Source: Salinigranum sp. (GTDB taxonomy: Archaea; Halobacteriota; Halobacteria; Halobacteriales; Haloferacaceae). Taken from it: a DNA stretch of 64,000 bases. The stretch is from contig NZ_JBEPXO010000002.1 of NCBI RefSeq assembly GCF_041641895.1, positions 8,814 to 72,813 on the forward strand. The letters are read 5' to 3'. Made by a program: the position numbers and the translations under genes. This document shows positions 48,101 to 57,379 of the stretch, piece after piece. The notes beneath the pieces were generated by a model, which saw only the letters and a list, made by a program, of their open reading frames with translations, ran no database searches and was not told where the DNA came from. The stretch's first letter is position 1. Each line of letters begins with the position of its first letter.

Positions 48101-50233
48101 TCAGCGGTCGTTCCCCGTCACGAGTGCGACGTTGCCCGACGTGTCCCCGAGCGTCTCGAGGAGCGCTCCGTCGTCCAGGGCGACGCACACGGTCTCGTAC
48201 CGGGCCAGCGTCTCCTGAAGCGCGTCGCCCGCGACCGCTGTCACCTCGAAGTCGTCGGTATCGACACCGGCGGCGGCCACCCGCTCGGTGACGGCCGCTG
48301 CGTCGTCGCTCGACTCCCCAGCGTCCATCGACTCGACGGCGAGCAACGTCGGGACGACTCCGTCGACCGTCGCGAACTCGACGATGCGTCGGGCGACGGC
48401 GGACGCGTCGGCGTCCGGGGTCACCAGCCCCACTGGCGTTCCGACGTCTCCCCGGAGCGCGACGAGGACGACGTCGCACGGTGCGTGCTCGACGAGTCCC
48501 TCGAGCATCGGGCCGACGACGGCTCCGTCGGTGTCGACGGTGCCGTCCCACCCGACGAGCACCTCGTCGGCGTCTTCCTCCTCGAGGACGTCGAGAATCG
48601 CCGCTCCGGTGTCCGGAGCGACGACCGCTCGGGTCCGCAGGCGAACGTCCATCTCCTCGGCGAACTGCTTGGCGGCGGCGAGCAAGTCGCGCTGGTGGTC
48701 GAGTCGGTCGGATTCGACGTTCTGTAAGGGGGATGGGTGTTCCACGTGGACGACGTTGACCGCGACGAGTTCGGGGTCGCCGGCGTCGGCGTTCGCGTGT
48801 GCGCTGGCCGCAGCGAGTCGAATCAGCCGCCGCTGCGTCTCGGGGTTCGCGACGGGGACGACGACCCGGTACGGGTTGGCCAGTTCCGGCCGGAGTGCCT
48901 CTCGCAAGAGCCCTTCACCCACGACGCGGCTTCTGGCGTAGACGGCGTACCAGACGACGCCGAGGGCGACGATTCCCGTCCCGACCAGGACGATGACGGG
49001 TGCCATCTGCGAGACGACGGCGAGCGACAGGACGACGCCGAGAATCGGCACGGCCGGGTAGAGCGGATTCGGGAGGGTGAACGACGGGTCGTACTCGTCG
49101 GGGTCGGCACGTCTGAAGACGACGAGCGAGACGTGGACGAGCGAGTACGCGACGAGGAAGCTGAAACTCGCCGCCTCGGCCAAAAGCGAGATGATGGCAT
49201 CGACGCCGAGGCCGACCGAGACGAGGAGCGCGATGACGCCGCCGGTGACGAGAATCGCCCGGTGGGGGGTGAAGAAGCGGGGGTGGCTCGTGTTCAGCCA
49301 CTCGCTCACGATACCGTCGCGGCCCATGGCGTAGACGACGCGCGAGGCGGCGAGCACGGACGAGTTCGAACTCGAGATGGCGGCGACGATGGCGGCGAAC
49401 ACGATGGCGACCGCACCGATTGGGCCGAGGTACACCGTGATGACGTCGGCGACCGGAATCGGTGAGGCGGCCAGCGCGTCGACCGGGAGCACGCCGGTGC
49501 TGACGAGCATGACGAGCACGTACAGGAGCGTCACCAGCACGACCGAGAGAATCATCGACAGCGGGATGATGCGACTGGGGTTCTTGATCTCGCCGGCGAC
49601 GGTCGCGATGATCTCGAAGCCGAGGAAGGAGATGAACACGATGCCGGTCGTCGCGACGACGCCCGTCGCCCCCGTGGGGGCGAACGGCTCGAGGTTCACC
49701 GGGTCGATGAAGAAGACGCCGACGGCGACGAAGACGAGGATGACCGCAGTCTCGGCCCCAATCATGACGTTCTGGAGGGAACTCGACTCCTCGGTCCCGT
49801 AGTAGTTGACCCCGACGAGCAGCGCCAGTCCGAAGAGGCCCAGAGCGACGATGAAGACGCGCCCGTCGAGGAACGGGACCGGTTCGACGATGTACTGGCC
49901 GAACCCGATCATGTAGAAGGCGCTCGCGAACATCAGCCCGGTCCACATCCCCCACCCGACGATACTCCCGAAGAGCCCCCCAAGCGCGCGGTTGACGTAG
50001 TGGTAGCTCCCGCCGGCGATGGGCATCCCGGTCGCCAGTTCCGAGAGCGACAGTGCGGCCAGCAGCGCGACGAACCCGGCGATGGCGTACGATATCGAAC
50101 TCGCTGGCCCGGCGTTCTGCGCCGCGATTCCGGGCAGGATGAAGATGCCCGCACCGATCATCGTCCCGCCGCCGAGCGTCATCGCCTCGAGGAACCCCAG
50201 GGTCCGCTCGAGTTCCCCACCGTCGACGCTCAT
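48101..50233 (-). CDS. APC-family amino acid permease with C-terminal USP domains
   Basis: GGGTMIGAGIFILPG, FLGFEIIATVAGE, SRVVYAMGRDG; then YRVVVPVANP and a USP fold. Confidence 0.93.
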   Translation of the reverse strand: MSVDGGELERTLGFLEAMTLGGGTMIGAGIFILPGIAAQNAGPASSISYAIAGFVALLAALSLSELATGMPIAGGSYHYVNRALGGLFGSIVGWGMWTGLMFASAFYMIGFGQYIVEPVPFLDGRVFIVALGLFGLALLVGVNYYGTEESSSLQNVMIGAETAVILVFVAVGVFFIDPVNLEPFAPTGATGVVATTGIVFISFLGFEIIATVAGEIKNPSRIIPLSMILSVVLVTLLYVLVMLVSTGVLPVDALAASPIPVADVITVYLGPIGAVAIVFAAIVAAISSSNSSVLAASRVVYAMGRDGIVSEWLNTSHPRFFTPHRAILVTGGVIALLVSVGLGVDAIISLLAEAASFSFLVAYSLVHVSLVVFRRADPDEYDPSFTLPNPLYPAVPILGVVLSLAVVSQMAPVIVLVGTGIVALGVVWYAVYARSRVVGEGLLREALRPELANPYRVVVPVANPETQRRLIRLAAASAHANADAGDPELVAVNVVHVEHPSPLQNVESDRLDHQRDLLAAAKQFAEEMDVRLRTRAVVAPDTGAAILDVLEEEDADEVLVGWDGTVDTDGAVVGPMLEGLVEHAPCDVVLVALRGDVGTPVGLVTPDADASAVARRIVEFATVDGVVPTLLAVESMDAGESSDDAAAVTERVAAAGVDTDDFEVTAVAGDALQETLARYETVCVALDDGALLETLGDTSGNVALVTGNDR

Positions 50234-50267
50234 CAGTGTGCCTCGCGGTCCGTCGCACGGAGTGCGG

Positions 50268-50975
50268 TCATTCGACGTCCCTCACGATGAGTGCCGGACG
50301 GTCGACGTTCTCGACGATTCGGGACAGCAGGTCGCCGATGATGCGGTCCACCAGCGACGGCTCGGTCTCTCCGAGGACGACGAGGTCGTACTCGTTCCCG
50401 AGTGCGGCGATTTCGGCCGAGGGGTCGCCGCCCTCTCCGAGTCGTCCGTCCACCCGCCCCTCGTCGATGCCGTAGTCGGCCAGCCGGTCGATGGCGCCCC
50501 GGAGGAGGAACTCGCCCTGACTCGGGTCTGCACCCTCGGCGACGGCGTGAAACAGCGTCGCCGTCGCGCCGCTCACGTCGAGGAGGCTCGCGACCACCGA
50601 GACGATCCGTTCGAGGTTCGCATCGCCTCGGAGCGGGACGAGGATGCGCTCGAGTTCGTCGACGTGTCCGGTGGACAGCACCGCGTCGCAGTCGTACTGG
50701 TCGGCGACGCGGTCGATGGTGGCCTCGCGGTCGTGAGTGAACACGAGGACCTCCGTGAGGTCGGGTCGCCCCTCGGCGATTTCGCGGAGCCGTCCCTCGG
50801 CGTCGGCCTCGTACTCGTCCTTGATGAGGGCCGGCTCGGCCTGCCGGGGGACCGGGAAGTACCCGAGGAGCACCACCCGACTCGGACCGAGCAGGTCGAC
50901 GACTTCCAGCGGCGGCGTCTCCGGCTTCGAGACATCGACTGGCACGAGAACGTTCAGCTCGTCGACGGGTGGCAT
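50268..50975 (-). CDS. Tandem universal stress protein
   Basis: NVLVPVDVS, ILVPLRGD, DLVVLGET..IIGD...RPALIV; upstream of and co-oriented with the permease. Confidence 0.85.
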   Translation of the reverse strand: MPPVDELNVLVPVDVSKPETPPLEVVDLLGPSRVVLLGYFPVPRQAEPALIKDEYEADAEGRLREIAEGRPDLTEVLVFTHDREATIDRVADQYDCDAVLSTGHVDELERILVPLRGDANLERIVSVVASLLDVSGATATLFHAVAEGADPSQGEFLLRGAIDRLADYGIDEGRVDGRLGEGGDPSAEIAALGNEYDLVVLGETEPSLVDRIIGDLLSRIVENVDRPALIVRDVE

Positions 50976-51099
50976 GAGTCGCTCTGAGTACACCGCCGGG
51001 TATTGTCAATGCTTCGCACGGCCCACACCCTGGGGGCGCCTCCGGTTCTCCGGGCAGGAGTCTGGTTGTTTTTATGAACACCCTCCCACTCTACTGCAT

Positions 51100-52020
51100 A
51101 TGCAGACGCACATCGTCCCGGTGGGGTTCGACTACGACCGCCTCATCGCGCCGCTCATCCGGGACCAGTTCGACGTCGACCGCGTCGTCCTCCTCGAGGG
51201 GGCGGTGGGGTCGGAGGCAAACGTCGAGTACTCGCGTCACCTCTCGAAGAAACTCGAGAAGGACTTCCAGAACCTCCTCGGTGCCGAGACGAGTCGGGTC
51301 GTCGTCGACGACGTCTACGACTACGACGCGGCATTCGAGCAGGCGTACGACCTCATCAACGCCGAACTCGACACCGGCGCGGAGGTGTGGGTGAACGTCA
51401 GTGCCATGCCTCGCCCCGTCTCGTTCGCCTTCGCCACCGCCGCCCACTCCATCATGGTCGAACGGCAGGAGGACAGAGACCGGATTCACACCTACTACAC
51501 GGCGCCCGAGAAGTATCTCGAGACCGAACTCGCCGAGGAGTTGCGCGCGGGCAGGGACCTCCTCGCGGAGGTGCTCGAATCGGCCGACGGCGCGGGCGAG
51601 TCGGTGACCGTCGACGCCGACCGCGAGCGACTCGAAGCCCGCCTCGACGCCGCGTCGAGTCTCCTCGAGGAGTTCGACGAGCGCGGGACGACCATCGGGG
51701 CCAAACGCATCGGGGAGAACCACATCGTCGAACTGCCGGTCGCCTCCTTCTCGAACGTGAAGCCGTTCGAGGAGGTCATTCTGTTCAAACTCGGCGAACG
51801 CGGCGTCTTCGAGTCGGTGTCGGAACTCGCGGAGGCCCTGGCGCGGGAACTCGACGAGGAGTACACAGACTCCTTCCGCTCGAAGGTCATCTACAACGTC
51901 GACCGCCTCGGCCCCGGCGGGAAGGGGTACATCGAGCAGGAAGAACACGGGAAGTCCTACCGGACGCGGCTCTCGCGCATCGGCGAACTGTGGGTGCGCG
52001 CGCACACCGACCGGACCTGA
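51100..52020 (+). CDS. DUF6293/HFX_2341-family CARF-like Rossmann plus winged-helix regulator
   Basis: HIVPVGFDYDRLI, VWVNVSAMPRPVSFA, YYTAPEKY; C-terminal wHTH SVSELAEAL...KVIYNVDRL...KGYIE...TRLS..G. Confidence 0.75.
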   Translation: MQTHIVPVGFDYDRLIAPLIRDQFDVDRVVLLEGAVGSEANVEYSRHLSKKLEKDFQNLLGAETSRVVVDDVYDYDAAFEQAYDLINAELDTGAEVWVNVSAMPRPVSFAFATAAHSIMVERQEDRDRIHTYYTAPEKYLETELAEELRAGRDLLAEVLESADGAGESVTVDADRERLEARLDAASSLLEEFDERGTTIGAKRIGENHIVELPVASFSNVKPFEEVILFKLGERGVFESVSELAEALARELDEEYTDSFRSKVIYNVDRLGPGGKGYIEQEEHGKSYRTRLSRIGELWVRAHTDRT

Positions 52021-52059
52021 GTAGGCCCGAGCAGGCCCGAACCGTTCCCCGCGCCCCGC

Positions 52060-53118
52060 TCAGAACCCGAGTCCGACCGGCTCGCCGGGTTCGAGCGGAC
52101 TCGTCGGCAACTCGTCGGGGAGGTCCGGGTCGTTGTAGACGCCGGGGGCGACGTCGTTGGGGCCGTCGGGGTAGCACAGCGACGCGAGCGCCTGGATGTG
52201 CGTCCGGCCCACGTCGAGTTCGAACTGCCCGCCGCCGTACAGCCGGATTCCCTCCTCCGCGGCGTACGCGAGCGTCTCGAACAGTGACTCGACGGTGCCG
52301 AACCGCGAGGGCTTGACGTTCAGCCACCGCGGCGGGTACGGGAGCGCCTCCACCGAGGCGACGCCCGTGATGGGGTAGTCCCACGAGAGACGGTCCCGGT
52401 GTGCCTCGACGATTCCGTCCGTCTCCGGCACCAGCGCCGGGTCCTCGACGACGGCGTCGGGGAACCCCTCGAAGACGAGTCGGTAGAGGTCGGCGTCGGG
52501 TTCCTGGTCGACTTCGGTCCCCTCGTACTGGCCCTTGAGGTCGAGGATGCGGACGGCGTCGGCCGCCGCGAGTTCCTCGACGAGGGCGGCCGTCCACTCG
52601 ACGGTGGGGTCGAGTTTGAACTCGGCGTCCGGGACCCGGTCGAGTATCGCGTCCACGCGGTCGGTCGACGGTGGCTCGCCCAGGCGCGTGGAGGCGACGA
52701 ACCGGACGGGGTCGTACTCGCGTCCGAGGACGGCGCCGAGGCTCTCGTCGGCCTGTCGGAGCGCGAGGTCCAGCGCCGCCGACTCCAGCCCCCACCGGCG
52801 GTAGTGGTGTCCGGTCTCCCGTTCGGGCGCCTTCGTCGGGAAGAGGTCGACCTCGTCCAGTCGAGCGGAGAACGACTCGAACGTGTACTCGCCGGCGAGG
52901 TCGAACGCGTCGCCGAACGGTTCGGAGTCGGGGGCGGGCAGGGCGTCGTGGTCTTCAGTGTCGTACGTGACGTCCTCGCCGCGGCCCTCGCTCCTGTCGC
53001 CCGAGAGGACGAACGTGGTCGATTTCCGGACGAAGCCGCTGGAGGTGTCGCGGTCCTGCTGGTAGTAGCCGACGGAGTCGACGGTGAGCGGGAGGTCGGC
53101 GACGCGAGAGAAATCCAT
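52060..53118 (-). CDS. Enolase-superfamily-like hypothetical protein
   Basis: WGLESAALDLAL, EFKLD, ILDLKG, VVEDP, SWDYP, NVKPSRFG follow the enolase barrel ligand pattern. Confidence 0.65.
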   Translation of the reverse strand: MDFSRVADLPLTVDSVGYYQQDRDTSSGFVRKSTTFVLSGDRSEGRGEDVTYDTEDHDALPAPDSEPFGDAFDLAGEYTFESFSARLDEVDLFPTKAPERETGHHYRRWGLESAALDLALRQADESLGAVLGREYDPVRFVASTRLGEPPSTDRVDAILDRVPDAEFKLDPTVEWTAALVEELAAADAVRILDLKGQYEGTEVDQEPDADLYRLVFEGFPDAVVEDPALVPETDGIVEAHRDRLSWDYPITGVASVEALPYPPRWLNVKPSRFGTVESLFETLAYAAEEGIRLYGGGQFELDVGRTHIQALASLCYPDGPNDVAPGVYNDPDLPDELPTSPLEPGEPVGLGF

Positions 53119-53204
53119 GCCTCCGCTACCGCTGCTGCGGGCTTAAAACGTCAGGTAACCGGTGGGTTACTGCGGCGGGTCGACGCTGTCTCGACGGCCA
53201 CCAC

Positions 53205-53921
53205 TCATCGCGCGGCTTCGAGCAGTTTCACTCGCGTCGACAGCGCGAGGAACGTCGCCGTCAGGGTCAACACGACGGCGCCGGCGGCGGCGAGTTCGTG
53301 TGCCGGCGAGACGTGCTGGACCACGCCCGACGAGATGGGTTCGGCCGGGACCAGCGTGTGGTGTGGCGTCCCGACTAGCGGGACGAAGTAGTCGACGAGG
53401 TCGTTGAACCCGTACCAGACGACGGCGACGAGCACGGCCCGCACCGGGAAGTTCGAGAAGCGGTAGATGACGAACGCCTCGACGACCATCGCGAGGTGGC
53501 TCCAGAAGAGGAAGTTGTACATCGCCGGGTGGAGGTACGAGAAGTCGTCCATGAAGACGAGGAGGACGTACGGCGTCCACGCGCCGAGTTTGAGACAGCC
53601 GAAGAAGGCCAGGGCGTTGAGGTACTCGTTCGTCCGGCCGAGGTACCACGCGCCGAACGCGAGGGCGATGAACAGCGTCGCAACGGGCGAGTCGGGGACG
53701 AACGGCCACATCACCACCGGTTCGATGGAGAACTGGAAGCGGTAGTACCAGAAGCCGAACGCCGTCCCGACGAGGTTGGTGAGGACGACGAGGGGGACGA
53801 GGTTGAGTCCGAGATTCTCCACGCTCCGGGGGAGCGGGGCGAGCCATCGGGGGAGGTCCGCCGGGGCGGGGAGGCCGTCGCCGTCGAACAGTTCGGCGAG
53901 GCGACGTCGAGCCGTGGCCAT
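53205..53921 (-). CDS. DUF1405 membrane protein
   Basis: GTAFGFWYY..Q, FVPDSPVATLF, KLGAWT, SHLAM, DLVDY; likely start MATARRR at 53921. Confidence 0.85.
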   Translation of the reverse strand: MATARRRLAELFDGDGLPAPADLPRWLAPLPRSVENLGLNLVPLVVLTNLVGTAFGFWYYRFQFSIEPVVMWPFVPDSPVATLFIALAFGAWYLGRTNEYLNALAFFGCLKLGAWTPYVLLVFMDDFSYLHPAMYNFLFWSHLAMVVEAFVIYRFSNFPVRAVLVAVVWYGFNDLVDYFVPLVGTPHHTLVPAEPISSGVVQHVSPAHELAAAGAVVLTLTATFLALSTRVKLLEAAR

Positions 53922-54179
53922 GTCGCATCGGAGGGAGGGGGGTGACAAAGCGGTGGCGGTCCCGTGCGAGAGCCGTGCCGTCTGACTCTCCTCCCGGGGT
54001 AGGGCGAACGGACGGCACGCCGGTGGCTGTGTCCGGGCCGGTGGACGGGGTGCCGTCACGCCGCGAGGCGTCCACCGGTTCTCGTCACGTCACGGCGCAC
54101 AGTGGCCGCCCGCTACTATATAAACGACCGGCCGCCCACGCCGACTCACGTTCCGGCTGTCTCACCCGACCGGTGAGGC

Positions 54180-54196
54180 CGAAAGCACGGCTTAAG
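54180..54196 (+). promoter_or_regulatory. BRE plus TATA of pdxS
   Basis: CGAAAG at 54180-54185, CTTAAG at 54191-54196, ATG at 54220. Confidence 0.65.
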
Positions 54197-54219
54197 TGCG
54201 TCCGGTCCAAGGGTCGGAC

Positions 54220-55128
54220 ATGGCTGAAGAGACCGATCTGAAGGAGCTTCGACGCGGGACCGACCTGGTCAAGCGCGGGTTCGCGCAGATGCAGAAGGGG
54301 GGCGTCATCATGGACGTGGTGAACGCCGAACAGGCCCGCATCGCCGAGGAGGCCGGTGCCGTCGCGGTCATGGCGCTGGAGGCTGTCCCTGCCGACATCC
54401 GCAAGCGCGGCGGGGTCTCGCGCATGCCGGACCCGGAGAAGGTGGCCGAGATCATCGACGCCGTCTCCATTCCGGTGATGGGGAAGGCCCGCATCGGCCA
54501 CTACACCGAGGCACAGATCCTCGAGGCGCTCGGCGTCGACATGGTCGACGAGAGCGAGGTTCTGACGCCGGCGGACAACGAGTACCACATCGACAAGCGC
54601 GACTTCACCGCACCGTTCGTCTGTGGGGCCCGTGACCTCCCCGAGGCCCTCCGCCGCATCGACGAGGGTGCGGCGATGATTCGCACGAAGGGTGAAGCCG
54701 GCACCGGTGACGTCAACCAGGCGGTCACTCACCAGCGGACTATCAAACACCAGATCCGTTCCGTCGTGGGGCTGCAGTACGACGAGCGCGAGAAGTGGGC
54801 CCGCGAACACGAGGCGCCCGCCGACCTCGTCCACGAGACGGCCGAGATGGGACGGCTCCCAGTCGTGAACTTCGCCGCCGGCGGCATCGCGACGCCCGCC
54901 GACGCGGCGCTCATGATGTACCACGAGTGTGACGGCATCTTCGTCGGGTCCGGCATCTTCGGCGCGGAGAACCCCGAGGCGATGGGTCGCGCCGTGGTCG
55001 AGGCGGTCAACAACTGGGACGACCCCGAGGCGCTCGCGGAGATTTCGACGAACATCGGCAAGGGCATGAAGGGTGAGTCGAACGTCGACATGCCCGAAGA
55101 GGAGAAACTGCAGGGCCGCGGTGTATAG
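54220..55128 (+). CDS. pdxS: Pyridoxal 5'-phosphate synthase lyase subunit
   Basis: [53 protein letters not shown]. Confidence 0.98.
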   Translation: MAEETDLKELRRGTDLVKRGFAQMQKGGVIMDVVNAEQARIAEEAGAVAVMALEAVPADIRKRGGVSRMPDPEKVAEIIDAVSIPVMGKARIGHYTEAQILEALGVDMVDESEVLTPADNEYHIDKRDFTAPFVCGARDLPEALRRIDEGAAMIRTKGEAGTGDVNQAVTHQRTIKHQIRSVVGLQYDEREKWAREHEAPADLVHETAEMGRLPVVNFAAGGIATPADAALMMYHECDGIFVGSGIFGAENPEAMGRAVVEAVNNWDDPEALAEISTNIGKGMKGESNVDMPEEEKLQGRGV

Positions 55129-55148
55129 CGCGTATCGGTCTTTCTCCC

Positions 55149-55667
55149 GTGTTTCCGAACGGCGATTCGGGCGACGTGTCCCCTCGAACTGTTCGCGACG
55201 TGGCTACCGGCACTTCTCCCGACCACGCCGGTTCGAGGGTCAACCGACTGCTCGACCGTTCGATTTCGGTCGGCGAGGCCCACACGGCACCCCGCTACCT
55301 CACCTGCGCCCGTGAAATCGCGGTCGACGACGACCGCGACCCGGCCTGGCTCCCGTGGCTCGTCGGCGACGTGCTCGCCCGGACTGTCCGCACCGACGAC
55401 TCTCCGTTCGGCGACCGCGACGCACAGGTCGAACTCGTCGCCCACGTCGCGGCGCTCGCGGTCCACCACCGCTGGAAAACGACGGACGTCCTCGACCTCG
55501 ACGGAGACGAGTACTTCGAGCGGATCGTCACGGGCGTTCGGACGGTCGGCAGCGACGACCGCCAGTTCCTCGAGCGCGTCGTCCGGAAGACGGCCACGCT
55601 CCTCGACGAGGAGTACGTCAGCAGCCTCGCCGTCCTCGACTGGCAGGACGCGTTCGACGTTTCCTGA
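55149..55667 (+). CDS. Hypothetical protein
   Basis: Acidic 172-aa ORF with halophile codon usage directly after pdxS; no recognised motif. Confidence 0.55.
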   Translation: MFPNGDSGDVSPRTVRDVATGTSPDHAGSRVNRLLDRSISVGEAHTAPRYLTCAREIAVDDDRDPAWLPWLVGDVLARTVRTDDSPFGDRDAQVELVAHVAALAVHHRWKTTDVLDLDGDEYFERIVTGVRTVGSDDRQFLERVVRKTATLLDEEYVSSLAVLDWQDAFDVS

Positions 55668-55674
55668 CCCGGAT

Positions 55675-56616
55675 TCACTCTCGCTCTCCCGCAAGCCGTT
55701 CGTTCCGCACCGCCCACGGTCTGAGGATCGAATACACCGCCTCCGTCATCGGCACGTCTACGCCTTCCTCGTCGCCGGCCCGCACCACCGCACCGTGTAG
55801 CCCCTCCAGTTCCATCCGCTTGTCGTGCGTCAGATCGTAGTGGAGCGACGAGTACGCGTCCTCCTCTATCCCCTCGGCGAACTCCATCCACCGGTCGACC
55901 GTGTCCTCGGGCATACCGACGCCCCGCGCGTCGGCGACCGCGCAGACCTCTTCGATCACGCGGCGGTACATGGTCCAGGACTCCTCTACCTCCCTGACCT
56001 CGCCGAGTGGGAGTCGAACCGCCGTCGTCAGTCCGGCCTGCGCGCAGATGAACGCCGCCTTCTCCCAGATGTCGGTCTCGATCGTCTCGGAGAGTTCGAC
56101 TGCGAGTTCGGGGGCCTCTTCACAGGCGTCGAGGAGTCGTTCGGCGCGGTCGCTGCGACGGCCGTCGAGTTCTCCGAAGACGATCTTCGTGGGACCCCCG
56201 GTGTGTTCGACGACGCCCGGCGCGCCGATGGTCGAGAAGATGTACGCCACGCCGCCTAGCACGCGCTCTCGCCCCACTTCCTGGGCGAGTATCTCCTCGT
56301 TTCCGACGCCGTTCTGGAGCGAGACGACCGCACCGTCGTCGCCGAGTAACGGGCCGAGGCGTACAGCGACGTCGGCCGTGTCGAACGACTTCACACAGCA
56401 GAATACGAAGTCGCAGACTCCCACGTCCTCGGGGTCGCCCGTGGCTGCCAGCTCGACGTGGGCGTCGCCTGCGACGCTCCGGAGTTCGAGTCCGTTCTCC
56501 TGCAGGGCCCGGAGGTGGTCGCCGCGGCCGATCAGGTGGACGTCGACGCCAGCCTGTGCGAGTCGTGCGCCGACGTACGCCCCGACGCCACCGGGGCCGT
56601 ACACCGCGACCTTCAT
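55675..56616 (-). CDS. panE: 2-dehydropantoate 2-reductase
   Basis: YGPGGVG, CVKSFDT, SLQNGV, IWEK, YSSL..D....KRMELEGLHG. Confidence 0.93.
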   Translation of the reverse strand: MKVAVYGPGGVGAYVGARLAQAGVDVHLIGRGDHLRALQENGLELRSVAGDAHVELAATGDPEDVGVCDFVFCCVKSFDTADVAVRLGPLLGDDGAVVSLQNGVGNEEILAQEVGRERVLGGVAYIFSTIGAPGVVEHTGGPTKIVFGELDGRRSDRAERLLDACEEAPELAVELSETIETDIWEKAAFICAQAGLTTAVRLPLGEVREVEESWTMYRRVIEEVCAVADARGVGMPEDTVDRWMEFAEGIEEDAYSSLHYDLTHDKRMELEGLHGAVVRAGDEEGVDVPMTEAVYSILRPWAVRNERLAGERE

Positions 56617-56824
56617 ACGCGGGCCTTCGACGCTAGCTCGGCGGGGTCGGTCCCTGCGATCACGCTCGCGTGTGGTCGTTCCGTTCGTCGCCCTGACGTC
56701 GTGGTGTCACCCCGCCGGTTCGTCGGCATCACAACCTCCATACAGCCGTCTCACACTTGACAGCACCGAACCCCTGGACGGAGTGACAAGACACATTAGC
56801 CGCCCAGCCGAACCCTCCTCCCGT

Positions 56825-56989
56825 ATGGGACTGTCACTCGCTGAGTACTGGGACGAACTCGAACCGACCGCACTCATCGTCGTCGGGTTCGTTCTGTTCG
56901 TCATTCCCGAACCGGCGACGTCGACCCTGGGCATCGGCCTCATGCTCCTCGGTATCGCCTGGTGGTTCTACGAGTGGGACCGGCCGTAA
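56825..56989 (+). CDS. 54-aa hydrophobic microprotein
   Basis: MGLSLAEYWDELEPTALIVVGFVLFVIPEPATSTLGIGLMLLGIAWWFYEWDRP; two TM segments around PEP. Confidence 0.75.
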   Translation: MGLSLAEYWDELEPTALIVVGFVLFVIPEPATSTLGIGLMLLGIAWWFYEWDRP

Positions 56990-56994
56990 AAAAA
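56988..56994 (-). terminator. Oligo-T terminator for the minus-strand transcript
   Basis: A7 on the plus strand (T7 on minus) 40 nt after the stop of the 57035-57169 ORF. Confidence 0.5.
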
Positions 56995-57034
56995 CGAGAG
57001 ACGTCGGAGAGACGGTGCCGGCGCAGTTCGCGAG

Positions 57035-57169
57035 CTATGCGCCTGGCGCGGAGACGACCGGGGTCGGGTCGTCACCGCCGTTGAGGATGCGGTCGACGAT
57101 TTCGCCGAAGTCCGGCTTCTCTTCGTCGTCCGCAGGTTCGTCCGACGGGTAGTGCGGTGCGATGGGCAT
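57035..57169 (-). CDS. Putative 44-aa acidic microprotein
   Basis: MPIAPHYPSDEPADDEEKPDFGEIVDRILNGGDDPTPVVSAPGA; halophile composition; T-tract downstream. Confidence 0.45.
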   Translation of the reverse strand: MPIAPHYPSDEPADDEEKPDFGEIVDRILNGGDDPTPVVSAPGA

Positions 57170-57379
57170 GATGAGCCACCCCGCACGCCCAGCGTTGTGG
57201 TTTGTCGGCAATAATGGTTGGGACGTGAGGCCCCGAACGTGCTCCGTAGTGCGTGCGCTGGAGTCGTCGACGGGACTGGTGACTCCGGTGGCCGACTCGT
57301 CTCTCCCCGACCGGTCGCTCGTCCTCGGCGGCCGCGCCCCGCCGAAGCGACTTCGTCTGCGGTTTCCACACGCTACCGA

